Positions 49,020 through 59,185 of a stretch of 64,000 nucleotides of DNA are shown here, one piece after another (the stretch's first letter is position 1; each line of letters opens with the position of its first letter). The stretch comes from Pseudomonadota bacterium (GTDB lineage Bacteria; Pseudomonadota; Alphaproteobacteria; UBA11222): contig JBMOMW010000056.1 of assembly GCA_049325255.1 (NCBI GenBank), positions 3,137 through 67,136 of the forward strand, read 5' to 3'. A program made the translations under genes and the position numbers. The notes beneath the pieces were generated by a model. That model did not search any database, was not told where the DNA came from, and worked only from the letters and a program-made list of their open reading frames with translations.

Positions 49020-50192
49020 ATGCCTGATCGCGCGCAAATCCTGCAAGCCCTGTCCCGGGTCATTGACCCCGACAAGGGGGCCGATGTGGTCAGCCTTGAC
49101 ATGGTGCAGGGGCTGGTCATCAAAAACGGCGAAGTGGGCTTTTCACTGGAAGTCTCGCCCAGCGAGGGTGCGGCCAGGGAACCGCTGCGCATGGCCTGTA
49201 TTGATGCGGTGCGCGTGCTGCCGGGTGTCACTAAAGTTGCCGTTGTGCTGACCGCGCACCGTGACAGCCCCTCACGCGCCGCCCCGAAGCCGCAGGCGCA
49301 TCATCATGATCATGCGCCGGGTCATAATCACACCCACGCCCCCAGGCCGGCCGTGAAACAGGCGGCGAAAGCAGGCGAAAAACAGACCATTCCCGGCATC
49401 AAGGCGATCATTGCGGTCGCCAGCGGCAAGGGCGGCGTCGGGAAATCCACCACCGCCGTCAATCTGGCGCTGGCGCTGGCGGGCCTTGGGCGCAAGGTCG
49501 GGCTGCTGGATGCGGATATTTACGGGCCGTCGATCCCGCGCATGCTGGGCCTGAAAGGCAAACCATCGACCACGGACGGGCACAAGCTGCTGCCGATGCA
49601 GAATTACGGCGTCAAATGCATGTCGATCGGCTTTCTGGTGGATGAGGACACACCCATGATCTGGCGCGGCCCGATGGTGATGAGCGCGCTGACCCAGATG
49701 CTGAACGATGTGGCGTGGGGCGAGCTGGATATACTGGTGGTTGACATGCCGCCCGGCACCGGCGATGCGCAACTGACACTGGTTCAGAAGGTACCGCTGG
49801 CGGGCGCGATCATTGTCTCGACGCCACAGGAAATCGCGCTGATCGATGCGCGGCGCGGCCTGAAAATGTTCGAGACCACCCATGTGCCGATCCTGGGCGT
49901 GATCGAAAATATGAGCTATTTCGTCAGCCCCGAAAGCGGCGAGAAGCATTATATTTTTGGCCAGGGCGGCGCGCGCGCAACGGCCGAAAAGTATGGCTGC
50001 GACTTTCTGGGCGAAGTGCCGCTGCATCAGTCCATCCGCGAAACCTCGGACGCAGGTACGCCCATTGTCATCAGCGCCCCCGCCAGCGCGCAAGCCCTGA
50101 TCTATCGCGACATTGCCGAACTGGTGGCGCACAAGCTCGACGCCGCCAGAAACGCGCCGGGCCGCGTCGCGCCGCGGATAGTGATTGAGTGA
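49020..50192 (+). CDS. apbC: Mrp/NBP35/ApbC iron-sulfur cluster carrier ATPase
   Basis: N-terminal DUF59-like domain. Deviant Walker A (GKGGVGKST) and the CxxC pair. His-rich linker. Confidence 0.85.
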   Translation: MPDRAQILQALSRVIDPDKGADVVSLDMVQGLVIKNGEVGFSLEVSPSEGAAREPLRMACIDAVRVLPGVTKVAVVLTAHRDSPSRAAPKPQAHHHDHAPGHNHTHAPRPAVKQAAKAGEKQTIPGIKAIIAVASGKGGVGKSTTAVNLALALAGLGRKVGLLDADIYGPSIPRMLGLKGKPSTTDGHKLLPMQNYGVKCMSIGFLVDEDTPMIWRGPMVMSALTQMLNDVAWGELDILVVDMPPGTGDAQLTLVQKVPLAGAIIVSTPQEIALIDARRGLKMFETTHVPILGVIENMSYFVSPESGEKHYIFGQGGARATAEKYGCDFLGEVPLHQSIRETSDAGTPIVISAPASAQALIYRDIAELVAHKLDAARNAPGRVAPRIVIE

Positions 50193-50210
50193 AGAGGGCT
50201 TGCAGCCCCC

Positions 50211-51884
50211 TCACATATTCGGATAGTTCGGCCCGCCCGCGCCCTCTGGCACGGTCCAGTTGATATTCTGGGCCGGGTCCTTGATGTCGCAGGTTTTGCA
50301 ATGCACGCAATTCTGCGCATTGATCTGAAAGCGCGGATTGGAACCATCCGCGTCGCGCAGCACCTCATACACGCCGGCCGGGCAATAGCGCTGCGCAGGC
50401 TCATCATATATCGGCAGGTTTTTGGCGATCGGAATTGACGGATCGCGGAGAACCAGATGGCAGGGCTGGTCTTCCTCATGATTGGTGGCCGACAGAAACA
50501 CCGAACTGGGCTTGTCGAACGACAGCACCCCGTCGGGCCTTGGATAAGCGATGGGTTTGAATTTCGCGGCGGGCTTTAGGGCGGCATGATCGGGCTTGCC
50601 ATGTTTCAGCGTGAACGGCAGGCCAATGCGCAGCGCGTTCATCCACAGATCCAGGCCGAAAAAACCCATGCCGGGAATAAGGCCGAAGCGCGACCATAGC
50701 GGCTTGGCGTTGCGCACCTTGTACAGGTCCTTATAGACCCAGCTATCGCGATAGGCCTGTTCATAGGTGGCGGGTTCATCGTGGCTGCGCCCCGTCTGCA
50801 CGGCGGCGAACACGGCTTCGGCGCCCAGCATGCCGGTTTTCATGGCATTGTGGCTGCCCTTGATGCGCGGCACATTGACAAAGCCAGCCGAACAGCCGAT
50901 CAGCGCGCCGCCGGGAAAGGTCAGTTTCGGCACCGATTGCAGGCCGCCCTCGGTAATGGCCCGCGCGCCATAGGCCACGCGCCGCCCGCCCGCCAGCATG
51001 TCCGCGATCACCGGGTGATGTTTGAGGCGCTGCAATTCATCGAACGGCGAGACATAGGGATTGGCGTAATTCAGATGCACGACAAAGCCGATGCTGATCT
51101 GGTTGTTCTCCATGTGATAGAGAAACGTGCCGCCGCCGGTGCTGTTGCCCAGCGGCCAGCCGAAACTGTGCATCACCAGCCCCGGCTTGTGCTTGGCCGG
51201 ATCGATGTCCCAGATTTCCTTGACGCCGATGCCGAATTTCTGAAAATCGCTGTCCTTGTCGAGCTGGTATTTCTGAATGAGTTGCTTGGCCAATGATCCG
51301 CGCACGCCTTCCGCGATCAGCGTATATTTGCCGCGCAGCTCCAGCCCCGGCGTATAGCTGTCCTTGCGCTTGCCGTCCTTAGCGATGCCCATATCGCCGG
51401 TGGCGACGCCGCGCACCGAACCATCGTCAGTGTACAGAACTTCTGCCGCCGCAAAGCCCGGATAAATCTCCGCTCCCAGCGCCTCGGCCTGTTGCCCCAG
51501 CCAGCGGCAGACATTGCCGAGGCTGACGACGTAATTGCCATGATTGTTCAACATTGGCGGCAGCAGAAAATTCGGAATGCGTAAGCTGCCCGCCGGGCCG
51601 AACACGTAAAACCGGTCATCGATCACCGGCGTGTTGAGCGGCGCGCCCATCGCCTTCCAGTCGGGGAACAGCTCATTCATTGCAATCGGGTCCATCACCG
51701 CGCCCGACAGAATATGCGCGCCGATCTCGGAGCCTTTTTCCAGAACGCAGACGGAAATTTCCTGGCCGGTTTCGATGGCGAGCTGGCGCAGGCGGATGGC
51801 GGCGCTGAGCCCGGCGGGCCCGCCGCCGACGATCACCACGTCATATTCCATGAATTCGCGTTCTGTTGCTGCTGTGCCGCTCAT
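50211..51884 (-). CDS. electron-transfer flavoprotein:ubiquinone oxidoreductase
   Basis: N-terminal FAD motif (VVIVGGGPAGLSAA) and C-terminal 4Fe-4S ferredoxin motif (CVHCKTCDIKDP). ATG at 51884 with an AAGGA RBS. Confidence 0.85.
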   Translation of the reverse strand: MSGTAATEREFMEYDVVIVGGGPAGLSAAIRLRQLAIETGQEISVCVLEKGSEIGAHILSGAVMDPIAMNELFPDWKAMGAPLNTPVIDDRFYVFGPAGSLRIPNFLLPPMLNNHGNYVVSLGNVCRWLGQQAEALGAEIYPGFAAAEVLYTDDGSVRGVATGDMGIAKDGKRKDSYTPGLELRGKYTLIAEGVRGSLAKQLIQKYQLDKDSDFQKFGIGVKEIWDIDPAKHKPGLVMHSFGWPLGNSTGGGTFLYHMENNQISIGFVVHLNYANPYVSPFDELQRLKHHPVIADMLAGGRRVAYGARAITEGGLQSVPKLTFPGGALIGCSAGFVNVPRIKGSHNAMKTGMLGAEAVFAAVQTGRSHDEPATYEQAYRDSWVYKDLYKVRNAKPLWSRFGLIPGMGFFGLDLWMNALRIGLPFTLKHGKPDHAALKPAAKFKPIAYPRPDGVLSFDKPSSVFLSATNHEEDQPCHLVLRDPSIPIAKNLPIYDEPAQRYCPAGVYEVLRDADGSNPRFQINAQNCVHCKTCDIKDPAQNINWTVPEGAGGPNYPNM

Positions 51885-52019
51885 GTTTTGTCCTTGTCCT
51901 GCTTCTCGGTCCTTTATATCGTTTCTAGAGTCTAATGGGTCTGAATTGAAGCAATTTCTCCCCCGCCATTTTCCATCACGTATCTTGACTATATTCCCTC
52001 CATGGAATATATCCCCTGT

Positions 52020-52379
52020 ATGGAATGGCAAGTTCTCGCTGACGAGGAGTTTGCGGCATGGTTTGAAAGACAGCCAATTGGCCTTCAGGATGAAATCCTG
52101 ATCAATCGCAATCTTCTCAAACAATACGGCCCGAAGCTTGGCCGGCCGCGTGTTGATACCGTCAAAGGCTCGAAGTTTACCAACATGAAGGAACTTCGTA
52201 TCCAATGGAAAGGCCAGCCGTGGCGCATATTGTTCGCCTTCAATCCCAAGCGCCGCAGCATCTTATTGCCTGGCGGTAATAAGCAGGGCAATAGGCGCTG
52301 GTACGATAAAAACATTCCCATCGCGGATGCGCGATTTGAACAACACCTAAAGAGCATGGAGAAAAACAATGGCCATTGA
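52020..52379 (+). CDS. higB: type II toxin, RelE/ParE superfamily, HigB/Gp49-like
   Basis: About 120 aa. The sequence (WFERQPIGLQDEILINRNLLKQYGPKLGRPRVDTVKGSKFTNMKELRI...RILFAFNPKRRSILLPGGNKQG) matches my recollection of Gp49-like toxins. Lies upstream of, and overlapping, an XRE antitoxin gene. Confidence 0.7.
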   Translation: MEWQVLADEEFAAWFERQPIGLQDEILINRNLLKQYGPKLGRPRVDTVKGSKFTNMKELRIQWKGQPWRILFAFNPKRRSILLPGGNKQGNRRWYDKNIPIADARFEQHLKSMEKNNGH

Positions 52380-52686
52380 TTTTGATAATTTTATCAAGTC
52401 GCTGCCGAAAAAGCGGCAGGCGGAAATTGCAAAACGCAGCGCAGAACTCATTGCGGAGGAAGCAACCCTTCAGGAAATCCGCAAGGCGCAACGCCGCAGC
52501 CAGGCGAAGGTGGCGAAGACATTGCAGATCAATCAGGCGGCGGTGTCCAAAATCGAAAGCCGGACGGACATGTATGTCAGCACACTGCGCTCTTATATCG
52601 AAGCGATGGGCGGCAGCCTGGAGATTATCGCCAAATTCCCCGGCAGCCCGCCGGTGCATATTTCGCAGTTTAAGGAGCTGGAATAG
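52369..52686 (+). CDS. higA: XRE-family HTH antitoxin (HigA-like)
   Basis: 105 aa. HTH (TLQEIRKAQRRSQAKVAKTLQINQAAVSKIESRTDM). 11-nt overlap with the toxin gene. Confidence 0.7.
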   Translation: MAIDFDNFIKSLPKKRQAEIAKRSAELIAEEATLQEIRKAQRRSQAKVAKTLQINQAAVSKIESRTDMYVSTLRSYIEAMGGSLEIIAKFPGSPPVHISQFKELE

Positions 52687-53274
52687 TTACTTGTAAAACT
52701 CCAACTTTGCTCCATGTGAACCCATTCCAAAGGTAAATAAATATTCCTTTGGGGCGGGACGTGCTTCATGGAGTTTCTTTAGTACCCTCTCAACATCCTC
52801 TCGTACGCGTTTGGCAAAGTCAGCGGTTCGAATTTTTGTCTCCCAATCTAAAAGTAGTCGTTCACCAAGATGATCATACAGCTTGTCGTTAATATCACGT
52901 AAGTAGGAATCTTTGATCGTTCTGGATTTGCCATGTGCAATTGAATCTCTGAATGTAAATAACTCAGAGATAGTACTGCGTGGCCTTTTACCTTGTGGAA
53001 AATCCACTTTCAACTCTTCGCAAAGCAAAGCAAATTTTGCCAGGGGCGGAAGCCTTTCTATGTCATTCCAGCAAGAAAAAATCTTCTCTCCGGTATGGTT
53101 CAGATACGCCTCGAAAGTAAAAGCAGTTAATATTACACTCGAAAGAAACTGCCATGACGATGCTTCGGATTCGCATAATCCTTTTTCGAGGACACAAGAT
53201 GACGCATGCCAAAGTTCAGAGTAGGTGTGAACCGTTCGCTCTTTTGTTACCGAGGCTTTTTTGGGTTTAGTCAT
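52687..53274 (-). CDS. hypothetical protein (about 195 aa) in a low-GC islet
   Basis: No recognisable motif. By eye, GC roughly 40-45% against about 62% in the flanks. Convergent with and abutting higA. Adjacent to tRNA-Thr. Confidence 0.45.
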   Translation of the reverse strand: MTKPKKASVTKERTVHTYSELWHASSCVLEKGLCESEASSWQFLSSVILTAFTFEAYLNHTGEKIFSCWNDIERLPPLAKFALLCEELKVDFPQGKRPRSTISELFTFRDSIAHGKSRTIKDSYLRDINDKLYDHLGERLLLDWETKIRTADFAKRVREDVERVLKKLHEARPAPKEYLFTFGMGSHGAKLEFYK

Positions 53275-53296
53275 ATCTTCGAAAACCCGCAGAAAA

Positions 53297-53373
53297 TGGT
53301 GCCGCCTGCGTGACTCGAACACGCGACCCCCGCATTACGAATGCGATGCTCTACCAGCTGAGCTAAGGCGGCC
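53297..53373 (-). tRNA. tRNA-Thr (anticodon CGU), CCA encoded
   Basis: The reverse complement reads GGCCGCCTTAGCTCAGCTGGTAGAGCATCGCATTCGTAATGCGGGGGTCGCGTGTTCGAGTCACGCAGGCGGCACCA. Confidence 0.85.
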
Positions 53374-53398
53374 TGATTGGTTCCGTTAACGTGCTCTA

Positions 53399-54727
53399 TC
53401 AAACCGGAGCGGCATGCGCAAGCAATCCCGTATCCCGGGAAATTTCTCCCGATGGCGTTTTCCCCGTGGCGAGCCATTTTATGCTGTCAAATTCGCCACA
53501 GGACGGGCATTGCATGCGCCATGCCGGAGCCTGTTTGCCGCAGGCCTGACACTGCCAGGCGGGATCGGGCGTGGCCAGCGGTGCGCGGGCCAGCCACTTT
53601 TGGGCTTCGGGTGCGCCCATGCCTTGCGTCTGGGCCAGTTGCGCCATCAGTGTGCAGACACGCTGACTGGCGTCTGAACCGGACAGCGGGTTCAGCAATT
53701 CACGCGCGCGCGCGGTTTCGCCTGCCGCCAGGGCGGCCTCGGCCCCCAGCAACCGGCTTTCTGTATGTTCAGGATTTGCCGCAATCAGCCGGCGCATCCG
53801 CACCACCCGTTGGGCGGGTGTTTCAGTGGGGATCAGCGCGGCATAGGCCACCGCCAGATCAGGATGCGGGGCCTGCGCCCAGGCCTTTTCCAGCAATCGC
53901 GCCGCCTTGTCCGGCTTGCCGGACTGGGCCAGCAACTTTGCGGCCAGAATGGCGGCGGGGGTCAGATCGGGCGCGCCTTTCAGGGCGGTCTGTGCGGATG
54001 CCAGGGCCTGCATGTCGGCCCCCTGTTCCAGCGCCTGACAGGCTTCGGCATAGGCCAGAAGGGCCTGACGGCGGGTGCGTTCGGGCCTGGTGATCAGTTT
54101 GGTCTGAACGGCGCGGCCAAGGGTTTCGCGCGCCTGCGGCCAGGCCCCGGCGGCGCATTCAATTTCGAATTTATGGCGGATCAGCCACGGACTTTTGGGT
54201 TGCAGTTTCATGGCCCGGTCCACCAGCCGTCCGGCATAATCCCTGTCGCCCTGCCGCATGGCTTGGGCCAGCAGGCCGCGCAGGCCCAGAAATTCGGTTT
54301 CGGGCGCCGCCAGCATGGATTGAAAATAGCCCCGCGCCGCCGGTTCATCGCCGCGCAGTTCTGCGGCCTGGGCCTGCATCAATAACGAAAGCGGCGCGCC
54401 ATGCAGCAGCCGGGCGGCGCGCGCGGCATAGCGTTTGGCGTCATTCGCATTGCCCGCCGCAATCGCCGTCATGCCACGGGTCAGCGCGTCAATGCCGCTA
54501 TTCTGGCGCGTGAGTTGCCCATGCGCCCCGCGCCAGCGGTCATAAACCCAGAATGGCAGGCGCAGCAGCGCATATAACAAAATTCCAATCGTCAGCAGCA
54601 GCGCAATGCTGCTTTCAATGCGATAGCCCTGCCAGTCCAGCTCCAGCCGGCCGGGATTATCCGCAAGCCACGCAACGGCGGCGGCAATCACCACCAGAAG
54701 GATAAACGGCCGCAGCAGCCGGATCAT
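53399..54727 (-). CDS. hemY: heme biosynthesis protein HemY (TPR membrane protein with C-terminal zinc ribbon)
   Basis: N-terminal membrane spans, TPR repeats and a C-terminal CQACG...CPSCG. Position downstream of hemC-hemD-hemX. Start at 54727 avoids overlap with the upstream gene. Confidence 0.75.
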   Translation of the reverse strand: MIRLLRPFILLVVIAAAVAWLADNPGRLELDWQGYRIESSIALLLTIGILLYALLRLPFWVYDRWRGAHGQLTRQNSGIDALTRGMTAIAAGNANDAKRYAARAARLLHGAPLSLLMQAQAAELRGDEPAARGYFQSMLAAPETEFLGLRGLLAQAMRQGDRDYAGRLVDRAMKLQPKSPWLIRHKFEIECAAGAWPQARETLGRAVQTKLITRPERTRRQALLAYAEACQALEQGADMQALASAQTALKGAPDLTPAAILAAKLLAQSGKPDKAARLLEKAWAQAPHPDLAVAYAALIPTETPAQRVVRMRRLIAANPEHTESRLLGAEAALAAGETARARELLNPLSGSDASQRVCTLMAQLAQTQGMGAPEAQKWLARAPLATPDPAWQCQACGKQAPAWRMQCPSCGEFDSIKWLATGKTPSGEISRDTGLLAHAAPV

Positions 54728-54734
54728 CGGTGAT

Positions 54735-55787
54735 CTATTCTCCCGCATTTTCAACAGGCGTCACAGGCGTGGAAGTTGCCGCTTCATTCAGCCGCTGGGT
54801 TAATGTTGCGCTCAGTTGCGCCAGTGCCTGCTCCGCCGCCAGCCGCGCGCGGGCATCGCTCAGCCAGGGCGCCGCCGCCTTTGCTGCTGCATCCTCCAAT
54901 TCCCCCAGTTCTTTCACAGCCGCGTCCAGATCGCCTTCTTCAAGACGCATCTGCGCGCGGGCCACACGCGATGGGGCGTCCAGGCCTTCGCGCTCGCCCA
55001 GCGGGCGGATCATGACCAATGACATGACAAGGGCATAGATGCGGCCAGCCCAGCCCGGCGCAACATCTGATGCGGCATCGGCGCGCACAATGGCCGCCGC
55101 TGCCGTATTAAAGCGCGCCAGCAGAATGGCGCGTGCCGGAATACCGGTTGTGGCGCGGGTGCGTAATTGCGCAATCGACGGATCGGGTTGGGCGGCATCC
55201 AGTAATTTGTCCAGACTTTCCAGTTCCACCGCAAACGGCCCTGAACCATTTAGCGCGCGTTCCAGTTCGCGCAGGCCCAGCGCATAGGAAATGCGTTTTG
55301 CGTCGCCGCCCAATGGCTGCGCCGCCTGAATGGCTTCCAGCGCGGCAAGGCGCGCATTTAATGCGGTCATGGCGGTGTGGATCGCATCCAGGCTGCCGGA
55401 TATTGTGCGCACCACGCCATCCAGTTGCGATATGGCGCCAGCATCAGCAGGGTTTGCGGGAACCGCTGCTGCGAATTTAAGCTGTTCGAATTCCGTTTCC
55501 AGCGCTGCCAGCCGTGTTGTCACCTGCGCCAGTGCATTGGCAACGGGTACAGTGATCTCACGTTCCATGGTCGCTGTAACCGCAGCTTGCGGCCCCGCAG
55601 GCAGGGGCAACGCCGCCGATTGCGGCGGCAGATCCAATATGGGTTGGGAAATTTGCCGCAAGGACCACCAGCCCCACGCGCCAGCCAGTACAATGCCGGC
55701 GGCAAGCAGGCCAAGCGCGATCCGCCGCAATGATGCGCGCCAGCCAGTTGACGGATGTGCTTCTAGTTTTTCCAATGCTTCCTGCAT
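54735..55787 (-). CDS. HemX-like / COG4223 mitofilin-family membrane protein
   Basis: One membrane span followed by a long Ala-rich coiled coil. Located between hemD and hemY. Confidence 0.5.
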   Translation of the reverse strand: MQEALEKLEAHPSTGWRASLRRIALGLLAAGIVLAGAWGWWSLRQISQPILDLPPQSAALPLPAGPQAAVTATMEREITVPVANALAQVTTRLAALETEFEQLKFAAAVPANPADAGAISQLDGVVRTISGSLDAIHTAMTALNARLAALEAIQAAQPLGGDAKRISYALGLRELERALNGSGPFAVELESLDKLLDAAQPDPSIAQLRTRATTGIPARAILLARFNTAAAAIVRADAASDVAPGWAGRIYALVMSLVMIRPLGEREGLDAPSRVARAQMRLEEGDLDAAVKELGELEDAAAKAAAPWLSDARARLAAEQALAQLSATLTQRLNEAATSTPVTPVENAGE

Positions 55788-55800
55788 CACTCTGTTCAAT

Positions 55801-56505
55801 TCACTGCGCCAGCAAGGCAAGCATTGCAGACTGCGATGGCGCGTCTGCAACTTTCACCGTCCGCCACGGAAGTTTATCCGCCACTTCGGCAACGGCTTCA
55901 CTCAGGCAGAGTGCGCGGATGCGGCGGCAGGCTTCGGTCAGGCGGTTTTCAATAATCAGATCGGTAAAAATCTGCGCTGTCCGGGGCGAATAAAACAATA
56001 CGCCATCCAGTTCACCGTTGCTGAAATGGGCAATGGTGGGTTCGCTCAGGCGCGTGGCTGGTTCGGATTCGTACAGACGGACGCGAAAGACGTTGAAGTT
56101 TTCCTTTTGCAGCAGATCCTTCAGTTCCCGCGCCACGACGGTTCCTGAAATATGCATTAAAATGCCCTCTTCGGGCTTTAGGGACGCCGCGACCAGTTGC
56201 GCGAGGGATATGACATCGCCGCCTGCGGCAAATACCTTGCGAAAGCCCATGTCGCGGGCAATGGCCGCACTGGCTTCGCCGACCGTGAATACGGGCACAC
56301 GCCGGTTCAGAGAAATATCTGAAAAGGCGCGCACGCCGTTGGCGCTGCTGAACAAAAGCGCCTGCACACCCTCGGTATCCAGCAGCACGTCATCGAACGG
56401 GGTGATACGCAACATTGAATCGATCAATGCGTCATGCCCAAGCGCGCGCACCGCCTCGGCCAGCGGTTCGGCGTCTTCTTCGGGCCGGGTGATCAGATAC
56501 CGCAT
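55801..56505 (-). CDS. hemD: uroporphyrinogen-III synthase
   Basis: About 235 aa from MRYLITRPEED, with an AGGAAG RBS. HemD fold-like segments (LLFSSANGVRAF). Confidence 0.75.
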   Translation of the reverse strand: MRYLITRPEEDAEPLAEAVRALGHDALIDSMLRITPFDDVLLDTEGVQALLFSSANGVRAFSDISLNRRVPVFTVGEASAAIARDMGFRKVFAAGGDVISLAQLVAASLKPEEGILMHISGTVVARELKDLLQKENFNVFRVRLYESEPATRLSEPTIAHFSNGELDGVLFYSPRTAQIFTDLIIENRLTEACRRIRALCLSEAVAEVADKLPWRTVKVADAPSQSAMLALLAQ

Positions 56506-56518
56506 GTCATCTTCCTTT

Positions 56519-57463
56519 TTATGGTAAGGCCGTGAAAAAATCATCGCCGCCGCGCATGCGCAACTCCACCCCCGCATCAAAGCCCATCCGGGACGCATCG
56601 GCAAGACTACCATCACGCACCGCCTCAAACAATTGTGTACCGTCGGGTTTGACGATCTGCCCGCGCAGATGCAGCTTTCCGTCGGGCATGATCTGCGCCA
56701 GCGCCGCTATGGGGGTGCGGCACGACCCATCCAGCGCCGCCAGAAACGCCCGTTCGGCCCGCACACAATATTCCGTTGGCGGATGATTTAGCGGGGCCAG
56801 CAGGCGCGCGGCGGGCGCGTCATTGATGCGTGCTTCGATTCCGATTGCGCCCTGCGCCACGGCGGGCAACATTTCGTCCGGCAGTATAACAGACATGGTG
56901 ATACCGGCCAGGCCAAGCCGCTTTAATCCGGCCAGCGCCAGCAGGGTGGCGTCCACCTCGCCCGCATCCAGTTTGGCCAGCCGTGTTTCAACATTGCCGC
57001 GAAATGGCGCCACCCGCAGATCCGGGCGCAGGCGCAACAGCAGGGCCTGACGGCGCAGCGAAGAAGTGCCCACGCGCGCCCCCATTGGCAACTCCTTTAT
57101 TGACGCCGCCTTCGGGCTGATCAGGACATCGCATGGGTCTTCGCGTTGCAGCAGGCAGACAATCGCCAATCCATCGGGCAGCATGGTGGGCATGTCCTTC
57201 ATGGAATGCACGGCAATGTCGATATGGCGCGCCAGCAGGGCTTCTTCTATTTCCTTGGTGAACAGGCCCTTGCCGCCGATCTCCGATAGCGGGCGGTCCT
57301 GCACCCTGTCACCGGTGGTGCGGATGACCTGAATTTCCACCTGTGCGGCGCTCAGCCCCGGATGGGCGGCCAGCAGGCGCGCACGGGTTTCTTCCGCCTG
57401 CGCCAATGCCAGCGGGCTGCCCCGCGTGCCAATCCGGACCGGCAATTGCAGCGCATCAAGCAT
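56519..57463 (-). CDS. hemC: hydroxymethylbilane synthase (porphobilinogen deaminase)
   Basis: N-terminus (RIGTRGSPLALAQA) and the cofactor Cys region (GSCRTPIAA). 314 aa. Confidence 0.9.
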   Translation of the reverse strand: MLDALQLPVRIGTRGSPLALAQAEETRARLLAAHPGLSAAQVEIQVIRTTGDRVQDRPLSEIGGKGLFTKEIEEALLARHIDIAVHSMKDMPTMLPDGLAIVCLLQREDPCDVLISPKAASIKELPMGARVGTSSLRRQALLLRLRPDLRVAPFRGNVETRLAKLDAGEVDATLLALAGLKRLGLAGITMSVILPDEMLPAVAQGAIGIEARINDAPAARLLAPLNHPPTEYCVRAERAFLAALDGSCRTPIAALAQIMPDGKLHLRGQIVKPDGTQLFEAVRDGSLADASRMGFDAGVELRMRGGDDFFTALP

Positions 57464-57564
57464 AAAAATCTCTGGCTCCTGAACAGGCGGCGAAAAATCA
57501 TGTTATAAGCCGGTTGTTCCGGCAAATACAGACCGCCGGTTTTCTCATAAAAGTTACGTCCTGT

Positions 57565-58623
57565 ATGCACCTTAAACCGCTTACGCTGCTTGGTATTGAG
57601 ACCAGTTGCGATGAAACCGCCGCAGCGGTCATTCGCGGGCATCCAGACCTGCCGCGCGAAATTCTGTCCGATCTGGTGTTGAGCCAGTTTGACGCGCACC
57701 GTCCCTATGGCGGCGTGGTGCCCGAAATTGCGGCGCGCGCGCATATATTGACGCTGGACCGGCTGATTGCGGCCGCCATTGAAAAGGCCGGGTGTGGCTG
57801 GGAAGGGCTGGACGGGGTGGCGGCTACGGCGGGCCCGGGGCTGATCGGCGGGGTCATGGTGGGGCTGGTGACCGGTAAAGCGATTGCGGCGGCGCGCAAT
57901 ATTCCGCTGGTGGCGGTGAATCATCTGGAGGGGCATGCGCTGTCGGTGCGTCTGGTGCAGCCGGTGGCGTTTCCCTATCTGTTGCTGCTGGTGTCGGGCG
58001 GGCATTGCCAGATACTGGATGTGCGCGGGGTGGGCGATTATGTGCGTCTTGGCGGCAGTCTGGACGATGCGGCTGGTGAAGCGTTCGACAAGACCGCCAA
58101 GCTGCTGGGGCTGGGCTATCCGGGTGGTCCAGCGGTGGAACAGGCGGCATTGCGCGGCAATCCAAAACGCTTTGCCCTGCCACGGCCCATGCTGGGGCGG
58201 TCAGGATGTGATTTTTCATTTTCCGGGCTGAAAACGGCGGTGCGGCATATGACCGCCGGGCTTGGTGTTTTGACGGATCAGGACCGGGCCGATATGGCCG
58301 CCAGCTTTCAGGCCGCCACAGCCGATGTCATGATTGATCGTTGCCGAAATGCGATGGCGATGTTTCGGGAAACCCATGGTGCGGGGCTGGCGCACACGCT
58401 GGTTGTCGCGGGCGGTGTTGCCGCCAATCAGGCGCTACGCGGTGCATTAAGTGCGCTGTGCGATCAGCAGGATTTTATGCTGGCCACGCCGCCGCTGCGC
58501 CTGTGCACCGACAATGCCGCGATGATCGGCTGGGCCGGGATCGAGCGCCTGGCTCTGGGCCTTAATGGCCCATTGGGCGACCCATTGGACATTCCGGCGC
58601 GCGCCCGCTGGCCGCTTAATTAA
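57565..58623 (+). CDS. tsaD: tRNA N6-adenosine threonylcarbamoyltransferase
   Basis: N-terminus ([14 protein letters not shown]) and His motif (VNHLEGHAL). Start chosen at MHLKPL. The track's TTG at 57514 is possible. Confidence 0.9.
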   Translation: MHLKPLTLLGIETSCDETAAAVIRGHPDLPREILSDLVLSQFDAHRPYGGVVPEIAARAHILTLDRLIAAAIEKAGCGWEGLDGVAATAGPGLIGGVMVGLVTGKAIAAARNIPLVAVNHLEGHALSVRLVQPVAFPYLLLLVSGGHCQILDVRGVGDYVRLGGSLDDAAGEAFDKTAKLLGLGYPGGPAVEQAALRGNPKRFALPRPMLGRSGCDFSFSGLKTAVRHMTAGLGVLTDQDRADMAASFQAATADVMIDRCRNAMAMFRETHGAGLAHTLVVAGGVAANQALRGALSALCDQQDFMLATPPLRLCTDNAAMIGWAGIERLALGLNGPLGDPLDIPARARWPLN

Positions 58624-59086
58624 AGCGCTGCAATTGCGCGCGCAGTTCGCCCTCGGGATGCGCCTGGGTGCGCACCACCAGATACCATTTACCGGTTGAA
58701 AGTGCCGCCAGCTGATCCGGGCGGATCACGGTTTTACCGGACATCAAATTATTGCGGCCCAGATCGCCCCAATTATTGCCCAGATCGATTTGCAGGGGGG
58801 CGCTTTCACCGGGGCTCGCTGGCCCGTGCATCTGCACGGCTACGGGCGGGCTATCCAGATCATAAAAGCTTACGATCCAGGACATTTGTTCGCCCATGAC
58901 GGCAAGCTGCACACTGCCCAGGCCGCCGGTTTCGACGGGCGGCGCCAGATTATTGCCGCGTAATACGCCATTATAACGTTCGGGTTCCGCCAGTGCCGGC
59001 TGGCCCAGCCGGATAAGTATCAGGAGCAGGAGGCAGACTGTACCAGGCAGCCTCCTATTGATGGCGGTCAGCATGGTGTTCCTCAC
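58616..59086 (-). CDS. CHRD domain-containing secreted protein
   Basis: Signal peptide. C-terminal part ([18 protein letters not shown]) is typical of CHRD domains. 156 aa. Confidence 0.6.
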   Translation of the reverse strand: MRNTMLTAINRRLPGTVCLLLLILIRLGQPALAEPERYNGVLRGNNLAPPVETGGLGSVQLAVMGEQMSWIVSFYDLDSPPVAVQMHGPASPGESAPLQIDLGNNWGDLGRNNLMSGKTVIRPDQLAALSTGKWYLVVRTQAHPEGELRAQLQRFN

Positions 59087-59185
59087 ATCGTTCGTTTCTT
59101 TTATTTATTGGAGGACAGCATGACGCGATTTCATATGCGCTGCAAGGGGCGCTTTCTGGGCCGGAATTGTCTCAGGTAAGACGTT

